64,000 bases of DNA from Candidatus Versatilivorator sp. GTDB taxonomy: Bacteria; Acidobacteriota; Terriglobia; Versatilivoradales; Versatilivoraceae. The stretch is from the NCBI GenBank assembly GCA_965207735.1, contig OZ242296.1, forward strand, positions 2,144,001 through 2,208,000, given 5' to 3'. The stretch's first letter is position 1. Each line of letters opens with the position of its first letter. The notes under the pieces were generated by a model. It was not told the origin of the DNA and did not search any database. It worked only from the letters and a program-made list of their open reading frames with translations. The translations under genes were made by a program, and so were the position numbers. This document shows positions 47,203 to 56,089 of this stretch, piece by piece.

Positions 47203-47279
47203 GCGCCCGTAGCTCAGCTGGATAGAGCGACAGCCTCCGGAGCTGTAGGCCGCAGGTTCGAATCCTGCCGGGCGTACCA
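47203..47279 (+). tRNA. tRNA-Arg(CCG)
   Basis: GCGCCCGTAGCTCAGCTGGATAGAGCGACAGCCTCCGGAGCTGTAGGCCGCAGGTTCGAATCCTGCCGGGCGTACCA. Confidence 0.97.
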
Positions 47280-47291
47280 CACCTCAAGGGT

Positions 47292-48770
47292 TCAGATAAT
47301 CTGGTGGATGGGGTCGGCCCCTTCGACGCCCACCAGCTTCTGATCCAGACCGCTGTAGAAATAGGTGAGACGGCCCGGGTCCATACCCATCTGGTGCAGG
47401 ATGGTGGCGTGCAGGCGCCTGACGTGGAAGGGATCTTCGACGGCGGCGCTGCCCAGTTCGTCGGTCCGGCCCACGCTGATGCCGCCCTTGATGCCGCCGC
47501 CGGCCATCCACATGGTAAAGCCGTAGGCGTTGTGGTCGCGGCCGGTGCCCTTTTCGTATTCGGCGGTGGGCTGACGGCCGAACTCGCCGCCCCAGACCAC
47601 CAGGGTCTGCTCCAGCAGGCCCCGCTGCTTCAGGTCCTTCAGCAGTCCGGCGATGGGCTTGTCGGTCTCGAGGGCATGCAGGTCGTGGTTGGATTTGAGG
47701 TCTCCGTGGGCGTCCCAGTTGGCGTCCCCGTGGTTGCCACCCGAATAGATCTGAACGAAGCGGACCCCCCGCTCCACCAGCCTCCTGGCCAGCAGGCACT
47801 GTCTCCCGAAACCTTCCGTCTCCTTGCGGTCCATCCCGTAGAGGGCCAGCGTCCGGGGGTTCTCCCGCGAGAGGTCGACCGCCTCGGGGGCGTGGCGCTG
47901 CATCCTGAAGGCCAGCTCGTAGCTGGCGATTCGCGCGGCCAGGTTGGAGTTGTCCCCGCGGGCCCGGTAGTGCTCCCGATTGTAGGCGCCCAGGCTGTCG
48001 AGCATTTGCCGCTGCATTTCGGGGCTGACGCCGTCCGGAGGAGCCAGGTCCAGAATGGGCTTGCCTCGGGAACGCATGACCGTGGCCTGATAGGTGGCCG
48101 GCATGTAGCCGCTGCTCCAGTTCTTGGCCCCGCTGATGGGACCGCCCCGCGGATCCAGCATGACCACGAAGCCGGGCAGATTCTCATTGGCCGTGCCCAG
48201 GCCGTAGTTGATCCAGGAGCCCAGGCAGGGGCTGCCGCTGAGGATCCGGCCCGAGTTCATCATCAGCATGGCCGACCCGTGGATGGGGGAGTCCGCCGTC
48301 ATGGATTGGAGGAAGGCGATGTCGTCCACGCAGGTGCCCAGGTGGGGAAACAGGTCGGAGACCCACTTGCCGCACTGTCCGTACTGCTTGAAGCTCCAGC
48401 GGGGTTCCACGATCCGGCCGCTCTGCCTGTGGCCGGCGCGGCCGAAGGTCTTGACCTCGACCGTCTTGTTGTCCATCCCCTTCATGGCCGGCTTGTAGTC
48501 GAAGGTATCGATCTGGCTGGGTCCGCCGTACATGAAGAGAAAAATGACCGACTTGGCCCGGGCCGGGTAATGGGAGGGCCTGGATCGCAATGGATTGGGG
48601 AAGGTGGTGAGGCTGTCGGCCGCCAGCGCCTGGCGCTGCAGGAAGCCGTCGTCCCCCAGGGCGGCCGCCAGGGCGACCCCGGTGAACCCGCCCCCGGCCT
48701 CCCACAGAAACTCGCGCCGGGTGCGGCCGCAGAAGTCGCCCCCCCGCTTGCGGATTTTCCTGGTCTCCAT
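47292..48770 (-). CDS. DUF1501 family protein (Tat signal)
   Basis: GAGGAGG RBS; TRREFL; AKSVIFLFMYGGPSQIDTFDYKP; ARRLVERGVRFVQ; WGGEFGR. Confidence 0.92.
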   Translation of the reverse strand: METRKIRKRGGDFCGRTRREFLWEAGGGFTGVALAAALGDDGFLQRQALAADSLTTFPNPLRSRPSHYPARAKSVIFLFMYGGPSQIDTFDYKPAMKGMDNKTVEVKTFGRAGHRQSGRIVEPRWSFKQYGQCGKWVSDLFPHLGTCVDDIAFLQSMTADSPIHGSAMLMMNSGRILSGSPCLGSWINYGLGTANENLPGFVVMLDPRGGPISGAKNWSSGYMPATYQATVMRSRGKPILDLAPPDGVSPEMQRQMLDSLGAYNREHYRARGDNSNLAARIASYELAFRMQRHAPEAVDLSRENPRTLALYGMDRKETEGFGRQCLLARRLVERGVRFVQIYSGGNHGDANWDAHGDLKSNHDLHALETDKPIAGLLKDLKQRGLLEQTLVVWGGEFGRQPTAEYEKGTGRDHNAYGFTMWMAGGGIKGGISVGRTDELGSAAVEDPFHVRRLHATILHQMGMDPGRLTYFYSGLDQKLVGVEGADPIHQII

Positions 48771-48792
48771 GACTTCCTCCTCAGCCGACAAT

Positions 48793-48826
48793 GAATTGTT
48801 GATTTCCGATTGAAGATTGTTGATTG
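48793..48826. repeat. short 7-bp-period AT-rich repeat
   Basis: Minus strand AATCAAC AATCTTC AATCGGA AATCAAC AATTC. Confidence 0.6.
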
Positions 48827-48948
48827 GGTGGTAGGACCCTACATTGTGCCCCGGATCCGCAATTTTCAATGGAGAGTAGGGACGCTGCATTCGCGTAACT
48901 TCGTGGACGCCTCTTTTCTCCGAACCGTTGGTCCGTGGCGCGCCCTCC

Positions 48949-51516
48949 TTAATCCAGATAGACAAACTCGTTCAGGTTCAGCGCCACCAGGCAGAACAGT
49001 TCCAGGGCCTTGTCCTGGACGGTCCGGTGGTTTTGCCGGAGCGATGCCATCAAGTCCACCCCACGGGCCACCTCTGTCCCCGTCGGAGGCCGCTGCAGCA
49101 CCCGGTTGAGGGCCACCCGGACCTGGGCGGCCGGGTCGCTCCCGCCCTCTTCCCTGACGAAGCCGGCCAGCACACGGGCCTGCCGGTTCATGAACTCGCC
49201 GTTGAGGGTGTGCAGGGCCTGGGTGGGCTGAGTGGTGGAGAAGCGCACCGGGCAGGTGGCGTCGGGGTCGGCTCCGTCGAAGGCCGCGATGAGCGGCACG
49301 ATCAGGGAACGCTTGGTGTGGATGTAGATGCTCCGGCGGGTCAGATCCCGCGGCGAGGAATCCCACCAGTTATGGCCCGGCACCGATTGCCCTGCCAGGA
49401 CCTCCTCGGGAATGACAGGATAGATGCTGGGACCGGTCATGGTCAGGTTGAGACCGCCGTTGACCGCCAGCACCGAGTCTCGAATCTCCTCGGCCGCCAG
49501 CCGCCGCATATCGAACCGCCACAGCAGGCGGTTCTCGGGGTCTCGGGCCAGGGCCTTCTCTTGAGGCCTGGACGACATCCGATAGGCACTGGACAACAGG
49601 ATCATCCGGTGGATGGGCTTCAGGCGCCAGCCGCCTTGGACCCATTCCACCGCCAGCCAGTCCAGCAGCCCGGGATGGGTGGGTGCAGCACCCCGAAAAC
49701 CGAAGTCGTTGGGCGTCCGCACCAGGCCGCGCCCGAAATGGAATTGCCAAACCCGGTTGACCATCACCCGCGCCGTAAGGGGATTTTCGGGACTGGCAAT
49801 CCAGCGGGCCAGCGCCAACCGCCGCCCCGAGGTCTTCCCGTTGCTCGGCGCCGGACCGAGCCGGGGCCGGGGAGGCGAAAGGACGGAAGGGAATCCCGGC
49901 TCGACCCGCTCTCGCCTGGCCCGATGGCTGCCGCGGCCCAGCACGAAGGTCTCCCGGGGCTCCGGCCCCACCTCGGTCACGCAAAGGGCTTGCAGATCCT
50001 GACTGGCCGCGGCCTTCCTCATCCACTCCAGGCGTTTTCCGTATTCCGCATAGTTCTCGAGCTGGCCATCGCTCACCAGCCCGGGCACCCGGGTGGCCAG
50101 AATCCCCGCCCGGTTCTCTTCCTTGCGGAAGGCTTCCTTCTCCTCCGCCGTCAGGTCGTCGGCCACCAGCTTCTCTATCTTCTCCAGCTCGCGCAGGACC
50201 GGGGCGGCCTGCCGCCGGAATGTTCGCCCCCTCCACCCAGCTTCCAGGAGCCTGCGAGGTTCCCGGGGTGGGCCGATGTCGCAAAGCGAGGCCTCGGCCA
50301 CGGTCTCGGGCTTGCGCACCCCATAGCGCTTCATGCCGTGGAAGAAAGCCAGAAAGCGATAGTAGTCCCGCTGGGGAAGCGGGTCCAGCTTGTGGTCGTG
50401 GCAGCGGGCGCAGTTGAGCGTCAGGCCCAGGAACACCTGGCTGGTGGTGGTGACGACATCGTCCAGGTCCTCGTAGAGCTCCTGCACCGGGTCCACCGGC
50501 TCGTCCTGCCAGAGACCCAGGCGGTAGAAGCCGGTGGCGATGATGTTCTCGGGAGTGGACGGATGCAGCTCGTCGCCCGCCAACTGCTCCAGGATGAAAC
50601 GGTCGTAGGGCTTGTCCTGGCTGAAGGCGCGGATGACGTAGTCGCGGTAGCGCCAGACCAGCGGCTTGGGACCGTCCCGCTCGTAGCTGTTGGACTCGGC
50701 GTAGCGGACCAGGTCGAGCCAGTGCCTGGCCCAGCGCTCACCGTACTGGGGCGAGGCCAGCAGTCGGTCCACCACCCGGGCGAAGGCGCCGGGGGAAGAG
50801 TCGGCCAGGAATGCCTCCACCTCGTCCGGAGTGGGGGGCAGACCGATCAAGTCGTAGTAGGCGCGGCGCAACAGCACCCGCTTGCCGGCCGCTGGAGAGG
50901 GTTCCAGCCCGGTGGCTTCCAGCTTGGCCAGAATGAAACCGTCGATGGGGGTCCGAACCCAGCCCTGCCGCTCCACCCGGGGGACTTCGGGCCGCCGGGG
51001 CGGCTGGAAGGACCAGAAATGCCGGCTCTCCTCCACCCCGGGGGAACTGCCGTTTTCCTCAACCCCCGTCGGGCCGGCGCTCTCCTCCTGCTCGGCAAGC
51101 TCCGGCGGCTCCCGCCGCTCTTCCGGCCAGGGCGCTCCCAGTTTCACCCACCGGGTCAGCAGGTCGACCTGCTCCGGCGGCAGCGGCCCCCCGGGCGGCA
51201 TCCTGGGGCCTGCGTAGTTGATGGCGCGAATCAGCAGGCTGGAGGCCGGATTCTCCGGATCGACCGCGGGGCCCTGCCGCCCGCCCTGCAGAATGGAGTC
51301 CCGGCTGGTCAGGCGCAGCCCGGCCTGCACGGTAGGCTGACCGCCGTGACAGCCGTAGCAGCGGGTCTCCAGGATGGGCCGGACCTGTTTCCGGAAAAAG
51401 GCCGCCGGATCATCCTCCGGCTGCTGAGCCCGGACCCATTGGGACCCGGCCGGCGACAGCAGCGCCAGCACCCCCAGGGTCCAGCTCAGGAGCGAGGGCA
51501 GCAAGGCGGGTCTCAT
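48949..51516 (-). CDS. planctomycete-type cytochrome c plus DUF1549/DUF1553 (PSD1) protein
   Basis: CYGCH, HFWSFQP, YGERWARHWLD, CARCHDHK, TARVMVNRVWQ.HFGRG, LNLNEFVYLD. Confidence 0.93.
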   Translation of the reverse strand: MRPALLPSLLSWTLGVLALLSPAGSQWVRAQQPEDDPAAFFRKQVRPILETRCYGCHGGQPTVQAGLRLTSRDSILQGGRQGPAVDPENPASSLLIRAINYAGPRMPPGGPLPPEQVDLLTRWVKLGAPWPEERREPPELAEQEESAGPTGVEENGSSPGVEESRHFWSFQPPRRPEVPRVERQGWVRTPIDGFILAKLEATGLEPSPAAGKRVLLRRAYYDLIGLPPTPDEVEAFLADSSPGAFARVVDRLLASPQYGERWARHWLDLVRYAESNSYERDGPKPLVWRYRDYVIRAFSQDKPYDRFILEQLAGDELHPSTPENIIATGFYRLGLWQDEPVDPVQELYEDLDDVVTTTSQVFLGLTLNCARCHDHKLDPLPQRDYYRFLAFFHGMKRYGVRKPETVAEASLCDIGPPREPRRLLEAGWRGRTFRRQAAPVLRELEKIEKLVADDLTAEEKEAFRKEENRAGILATRVPGLVSDGQLENYAEYGKRLEWMRKAAASQDLQALCVTEVGPEPRETFVLGRGSHRARRERVEPGFPSVLSPPRPRLGPAPSNGKTSGRRLALARWIASPENPLTARVMVNRVWQFHFGRGLVRTPNDFGFRGAAPTHPGLLDWLAVEWVQGGWRLKPIHRMILLSSAYRMSSRPQEKALARDPENRLLWRFDMRRLAAEEIRDSVLAVNGGLNLTMTGPSIYPVIPEEVLAGQSVPGHNWWDSSPRDLTRRSIYIHTKRSLIVPLIAAFDGADPDATCPVRFSTTQPTQALHTLNGEFMNRQARVLAGFVREEGGSDPAAQVRVALNRVLQRPPTGTEVARGVDLMASLRQNHRTVQDKALELFCLVALNLNEFVYLD

Positions 51517-51647
51517 GGAATTTACGGTATTTCTTCAGTGGGAATCCTGGGATAGGATACACCTCTCTAGCGCAAAAAGGAACCAGCGGGGCGGAGGCAG
51601 CCGGTCCCGGGACCCGGTCCGGCAATCCACCCCCCGAAAGAGCGGCC

Positions 51648-52913
51648 ATGGCCACCCGACGGCGCCCCATTCACACCAGGAGGCAGGTATTGACGGCCGG
51701 GATCCTGGGCCTGGCGGGCATGGAGAAACCTGCTCTCTCCAGCGGCCGGGCGGCCCCGCAGGGTGCTTCCACCGCCAGTCCCGAGCCTGCCCCCCGCTCC
51801 GACGCCTTCCCCGTTCTCCGACCCGGAGCAGCGGCCGAGGTGGGAATGTCGGCGGCCCGCCTCCACCGGATCGCCGACCGCCTGGGGGAGGAAACCTCCG
51901 AGGGCGGTGTCGGATCGGCCTCCATCCTGGTGGCCCGCCACGGCAAGGTGGTTCTCCACCAGGGATTCGGAAAGCTGAACCGGCACCCCGGCGCCCCCGC
52001 CACCCGGCCGGACACCATCTACATAGTGGCCTCCATCAGCAAGCCGGTGAGTGTCTGCGGGCTGATGCTGCTGGTGGAAGAGGGCCGGGTGGCCCTTGCC
52101 GACCGGGTGCAGCGCTACCTGCCCGAGTTTCAAGGCAGGCTCAAGGAAAGGGTCCTGGTCAGCCACCTGCTCTCCCACACCTCCGGCCTGCCCGACATGG
52201 TGCCGGAAAACACCCAACTGCGCCGGGCACATGCGCCGCTGAGCCAATTCGTGGCAGCGGCCCTGCGCACCCCGCTGCTTTTCGAGCCCGGCACCCGGCT
52301 CTCCTACCAGAGCATGGGGACGCTGCTGGCCGCCGAGATCGCCGAGCGGGTCTCGGGCATGCGCCTGAGAGACCTGCTGCGATCCAGGATCTTCCGGCCG
52401 CTGGGCATGCAACGCACCATGCTGGGCCTGGAGGGCCTGAAGGTCGAAGAAACGGCCATCTTCCAGGAAGACCGGGAAAGCGAGGATTCCAGGCGCTGGG
52501 GGCCCAACTCGCCCTACTGGCGTGCCATGGGCCACCCCTGGGGCGGCCTCCACACAACCACCGGCGACCTGGGAGCCCTGCTGCAGACCTTTCTGAACGG
52601 CGGCCGCTACGGAGAGGCGCGGGTCTTCTCGCCGGCCACCGCGGAGGCCATGACCCGGGACCGGAACGGCGACCTGGGAGCTCCCTGGGGATACGGATGG
52701 GCCCTGCGGGACTCTCCGGTGTGGAACTATTTCGGAAACCTGGGAACCGCCGGCACCTTCGGCCACGTGGGCATCAGCGGCACCGTGGCCTGGGCCGACC
52801 CCGGTCGCCAACTGATCTGCGTCCTGCTGAGCACCCGCACAGCCGCCCATCGGGAGGGCTTCCTGCTCAAGAGCCTCTCCAACATGGTGCATGCCGCGGT
52901 TGTTGGGAGATGA
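51648..52913 (+). CDS. serine hydrolase, beta-lactamase-like family (Tat-like signal)
   Basis: ASISK (SxxK), LLSHTSGL, YQS, FGHVG. Confidence 0.9.
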   Translation: MATRRRPIHTRRQVLTAGILGLAGMEKPALSSGRAAPQGASTASPEPAPRSDAFPVLRPGAAAEVGMSAARLHRIADRLGEETSEGGVGSASILVARHGKVVLHQGFGKLNRHPGAPATRPDTIYIVASISKPVSVCGLMLLVEEGRVALADRVQRYLPEFQGRLKERVLVSHLLSHTSGLPDMVPENTQLRRAHAPLSQFVAAALRTPLLFEPGTRLSYQSMGTLLAAEIAERVSGMRLRDLLRSRIFRPLGMQRTMLGLEGLKVEETAIFQEDRESEDSRRWGPNSPYWRAMGHPWGGLHTTTGDLGALLQTFLNGGRYGEARVFSPATAEAMTRDRNGDLGAPWGYGWALRDSPVWNYFGNLGTAGTFGHVGISGTVAWADPGRQLICVLLSTRTAAHREGFLLKSLSNMVHAAVVGR

Positions 52914-54148
52914 ACGCCATGGACCGCAGAAACTTTCTCAAGCTGGCAGGAACCGCGGCAGCGGCTGCCGTTGCGCCCTGGCCGCTGCCGGCAGGGGCCT
53001 CGGCACCCCGGAAGATCGCCGCCCTGGCCACCACCTACCACGTCCGCTCCCACGCCGACAACTTCATCACCCGCTTCCTGGAAGGCTACTGGATCAACGA
53101 CCGCTACTACCCGCCTCCCTGCCAGGTGGCCTCGCTCTACGTGGAGCAGGAGCACCCTGCCGACATCAGCGCCCGCCTGGCCCGAAGCTGGGGAGTGGCC
53201 CGCTACCCGACCATCCGGGAGGCGCTCACCCTGGGCGGAGACACCCTGGCGGTGGACGGAGTGCTGCTGATTGCCGAGCACGGCGACTACCCCACCAACG
53301 TCAGGAACCAGAAGCTCTACCCCCGCTACCGATATATGGAGGAGATCGTGAAGGTCTTCCGCCATTCGGGTCGGGCGGTGCCGGTCTTCAACGACAAGCA
53401 GCTCTCCTACGACTGGGACCAGTCCAGGCAGATGGTCGACTGGTCCAGGGAGCTGGGATTCCCGCTGATGGCGGGCTCCTCGGTATCGGTCACCTTCCGC
53501 CGGCCCGAGCTGGACTTCCCCTTGGAGGCCCCCTTGGAGGAGGCTATGGCGGTGGGCGGGGGCTGGGTGGCCGACGGCGGGCTGTTCCACCTGCTGGAAA
53601 CCCTGCAGTGCTTCGCCGAGCGCCGCAAGGGCGGCGAGACCGGGGTGAAGGCGGTGCAGTTGCTGGCCGACGAGGCCGTGTGGAAGGCGGCGGCCGAAGG
53701 ACGGTTCAACCGGGGCCTGCTGGAAGCCGCCCTTGCACGCGGAGCCAAGGTGACGCCGGGCCCGGCAGAGGAGAAGGCCCGACAGCCGGTGGCCTGCCTG
53801 GTGGAATACAGCGACGGCTTTCGCGGCAGCGCCCTGGCCCTGGGCGGCAAGGCGGCCGAGTACCTGGCCGCCGTCCGCATGGAGGGACGGGCGGAACCCC
53901 GGTCCACCCTCTGCTACATCCCCATCGAGAACTCCAACAACTTCAGTCCGCTGGTGGACTCCATCGGGCGCATGTTCACCCGGGGCACCCTCGACTACCC
54001 GGTCGAGCGAACTCTGCTGACCAGCGGAACCCTCTCCTTTCTGATGGAGTCCTGGCACCGCGGCCAGGTTCGCATCGAGACGCCCATGCTGAACATCGCC
54101 TACCGCGGACCCGAAACCTCCTACTACGCCCGTGGCCGGGGGTCCTGA
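52910..54148 (+). CDS. Tat-exported conserved hypothetical protein (oxidoreductase-like fold possible)
   Basis: ATGA overlap with the upstream stop; MDRRNFLK; LAVDGVLLIAEHGDYP, PVFNDK, MAGSS, YPVERTLLTSG. Confidence 0.8.
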   Translation: MNAMDRRNFLKLAGTAAAAAVAPWPLPAGASAPRKIAALATTYHVRSHADNFITRFLEGYWINDRYYPPPCQVASLYVEQEHPADISARLARSWGVARYPTIREALTLGGDTLAVDGVLLIAEHGDYPTNVRNQKLYPRYRYMEEIVKVFRHSGRAVPVFNDKQLSYDWDQSRQMVDWSRELGFPLMAGSSVSVTFRRPELDFPLEAPLEEAMAVGGGWVADGGLFHLLETLQCFAERRKGGETGVKAVQLLADEAVWKAAAEGRFNRGLLEAALARGAKVTPGPAEEKARQPVACLVEYSDGFRGSALALGGKAAEYLAAVRMEGRAEPRSTLCYIPIENSNNFSPLVDSIGRMFTRGTLDYPVERTLLTSGTLSFLMESWHRGQVRIETPMLNIAYRGPETSYYARGRGS

Positions 54149-54149
54149 G

Positions 54150-55088
54150 ATGAGAGCGCCGGGAATCTACGCCAACAACACCCGACTCTTCGACCTGGTG
54201 GGGCGCCGCGCCCCCATCCTGAAGGTGGCCGGTGGTTTCGGGCGCTTGAGCGGGCCGCTGTTCAGCCGCATCGGCTACCTGCTGTTCAGCGATACCCACG
54301 GCGGCAGGATCTGCCAGTGGACCATTCCCCCCTGGGAAGAAGAGCCCCTGGGAGGCAGGCTCACCACCTATCGGGTCCGCTCCGGCGAACCCCAGGGGAT
54401 CACCTTCGACCATCAGGGCCGGCTGCTGGTGTGCGAAAGGAATCCCGCCAGAGTGGTTCGCCTGGAAAAGGACGGCAGCACCACCGTGCTGGCTGAAAAC
54501 CACCGCGGCCGGCCCCTGGGAGCACCCGACGACCTGGTCTACAACATCGACGGCAGCATCTTCTTCAGCGCCGCCCCCGCGCCCGATAGCTTCCGAGTCC
54601 GCCCCCCGGGAGACCGGCAGGACGTCACCTCCACGCCCCGGCCGGCCGTCTACCGCATCCCCCGTTCCCAGATCCCCGGCCCCTTGGGGCTGGAACGGGT
54701 CTCCGGGGAATGCAGCCGGCCCACGGGCGTGGCCCTGGGACCCAAACATAACCGGCTCTTCGTAGCCGATGCCGGCCGGCGGAACATCCGAGTCCATCCC
54801 ATCCGGGACGACGGCACCCTGGACGGCGGCCGGATCTTCGCCGAGTTCCCCTCGCAGGACCCCGGAATCCCGGGCGGCCTCAAGACCGACGAACAGGGCC
54901 ACCTCTATGCCTGCGGTCCGGGCGGCCTGTGGGTCTTCTCCCCCGAGGGCGCCCACCTGGGCACCATCGTCACCCCCGAGCCGCCGACCAACTGCGGTTG
55001 GGGCCGAGGTTTCCGGGGGCTCTACCTCACCACCGGGACGTCTCTCTATTACGTGGGAACCAGGGTGTCGGGAAGCCGCACCTATTGA
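54150..55088 (+). CDS. SMP-30/gluconolactonase family protein
   Basis: LLFSD, GITFD.QGRL.VCE, GLKTD.QG.LY, PTNCGWG. Confidence 0.88.
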   Translation: MRAPGIYANNTRLFDLVGRRAPILKVAGGFGRLSGPLFSRIGYLLFSDTHGGRICQWTIPPWEEEPLGGRLTTYRVRSGEPQGITFDHQGRLLVCERNPARVVRLEKDGSTTVLAENHRGRPLGAPDDLVYNIDGSIFFSAAPAPDSFRVRPPGDRQDVTSTPRPAVYRIPRSQIPGPLGLERVSGECSRPTGVALGPKHNRLFVADAGRRNIRVHPIRDDGTLDGGRIFAEFPSQDPGIPGGLKTDEQGHLYACGPGGLWVFSPEGAHLGTIVTPEPPTNCGWGRGFRGLYLTTGTSLYYVGTRVSGSRTY

Positions 55089-55098
55089 CGGAGGGTAC

Positions 55099-55920
55099 TC
55101 ACTTCCAGTAGAGGCGGGAGGCGTTGCCACCCATGATGGCCCAAATCTCCTCTCCGGAAAGGAAGGGGGCAAGACGCTCCAGCCACTTCACGGCCCTGAG
55201 GTAGCCGGACTTGAGCAGCACGTGGGGAAAATCGCTGCCCCAGATCAGCCGGCCGGGACCGAACTGATCGTAGAGAACCCGCAGCAACTCGGCGCAGTCC
55301 TGGTGGGGATAAGGCTGGCGCGAGCAGTAGTAGGCCCCTGAAACCTTGACCCGGACGTTGGGGAGATCGGCCAGTTGGAGCAGCGGCCGATAGACCGCCG
55401 TCCTGGGGCCGGCTCCCACGGGCGGGTGGGCCATGTGGTCGATGACGATCCGCACATGGGGAAAGCGCCGGGCCAAGGCCGCCGCCGCAGGCAGGTGGGC
55501 GAACCCCGTCAGCAGGTTCACCACCACTCCCAGCCGCCCCGCCGCCTCCCACAGTCCGAAAGTGGAGGAATGGCCGAAGACCTCGCCCTCCCCGGACACC
55601 TCGGGGCGGAGCCTAAGTCCCTTGCACCCTCTCTCCCCGGCCCAGTACTCCAGCCGTTCGGCCGCGTCCGGCTTGCGGGGATCCACCACGCACACTGCCT
55701 TGTAGCGTTCGGGCTCGCCCGCGGCGGCGTCGGCCACGTAGCTGTTGTCCTCTCCCGGATAGAGCGGCTGCACCAGCACCCCCCGGCTCACCCCGTACTC
55801 CTCCATGTACTGGGCGAACAACTCCAGGGGCACGTCGCACTGGGGGCTGACGGTGGTGGCTCCCGGGTTGGGATAGTCGGGCGCCGGTTTCCACACGTGT
55901 AGATGGGCATCCACGATCAT
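55099..55920 (-). CDS. amidohydrolase_2 family protein
   Basis: IVDAHLHVW, IVIDHMA, KVSG, WGSDFP. Confidence 0.92.
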   Translation of the reverse strand: MIVDAHLHVWKPAPDYPNPGATTVSPQCDVPLELFAQYMEEYGVSRGVLVQPLYPGEDNSYVADAAAGEPERYKAVCVVDPRKPDAAERLEYWAGERGCKGLRLRPEVSGEGEVFGHSSTFGLWEAAGRLGVVVNLLTGFAHLPAAAALARRFPHVRIVIDHMAHPPVGAGPRTAVYRPLLQLADLPNVRVKVSGAYYCSRQPYPHQDCAELLRVLYDQFGPGRLIWGSDFPHVLLKSGYLRAVKWLERLAPFLSGEEIWAIMGGNASRLYWK

Positions 55921-56089
55921 CGCCGCCTCCGGTTCGATTTACTGAATGGGGAGAACATTCTATGGGAGATCGTTGACGGAGGCAAGAGAGACAAGGTGAA
56001 ATAACCGCATAAAGTTTCACCGCGGCTCAGCCCATCGGCTGGCGCCCGGGGGCGTGCGTGCTGTCGCCGCCTTCGCGGCTCGACACTAA

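Noticed and set aside
47203-47300. tRNA-Arg as an island attachment site
   Set aside because: There is no adjacent integrase, and no 3'-end duplicate was noticed in the window.
48928-51555. Long antisense ORFs (also 5105-7090, 27193-28869, 34276-36585, 59056-63476)
   Set aside because: These are shadow frames of high-GC genes on the opposite strand and show no family motifs.
51515-54148. 877-aa ORF as a single protein
   Set aside because: The first ~465 aa are an off-frame overlap of the serine hydrolase; the real gene starts at 52910/52919 with a Tat signal.
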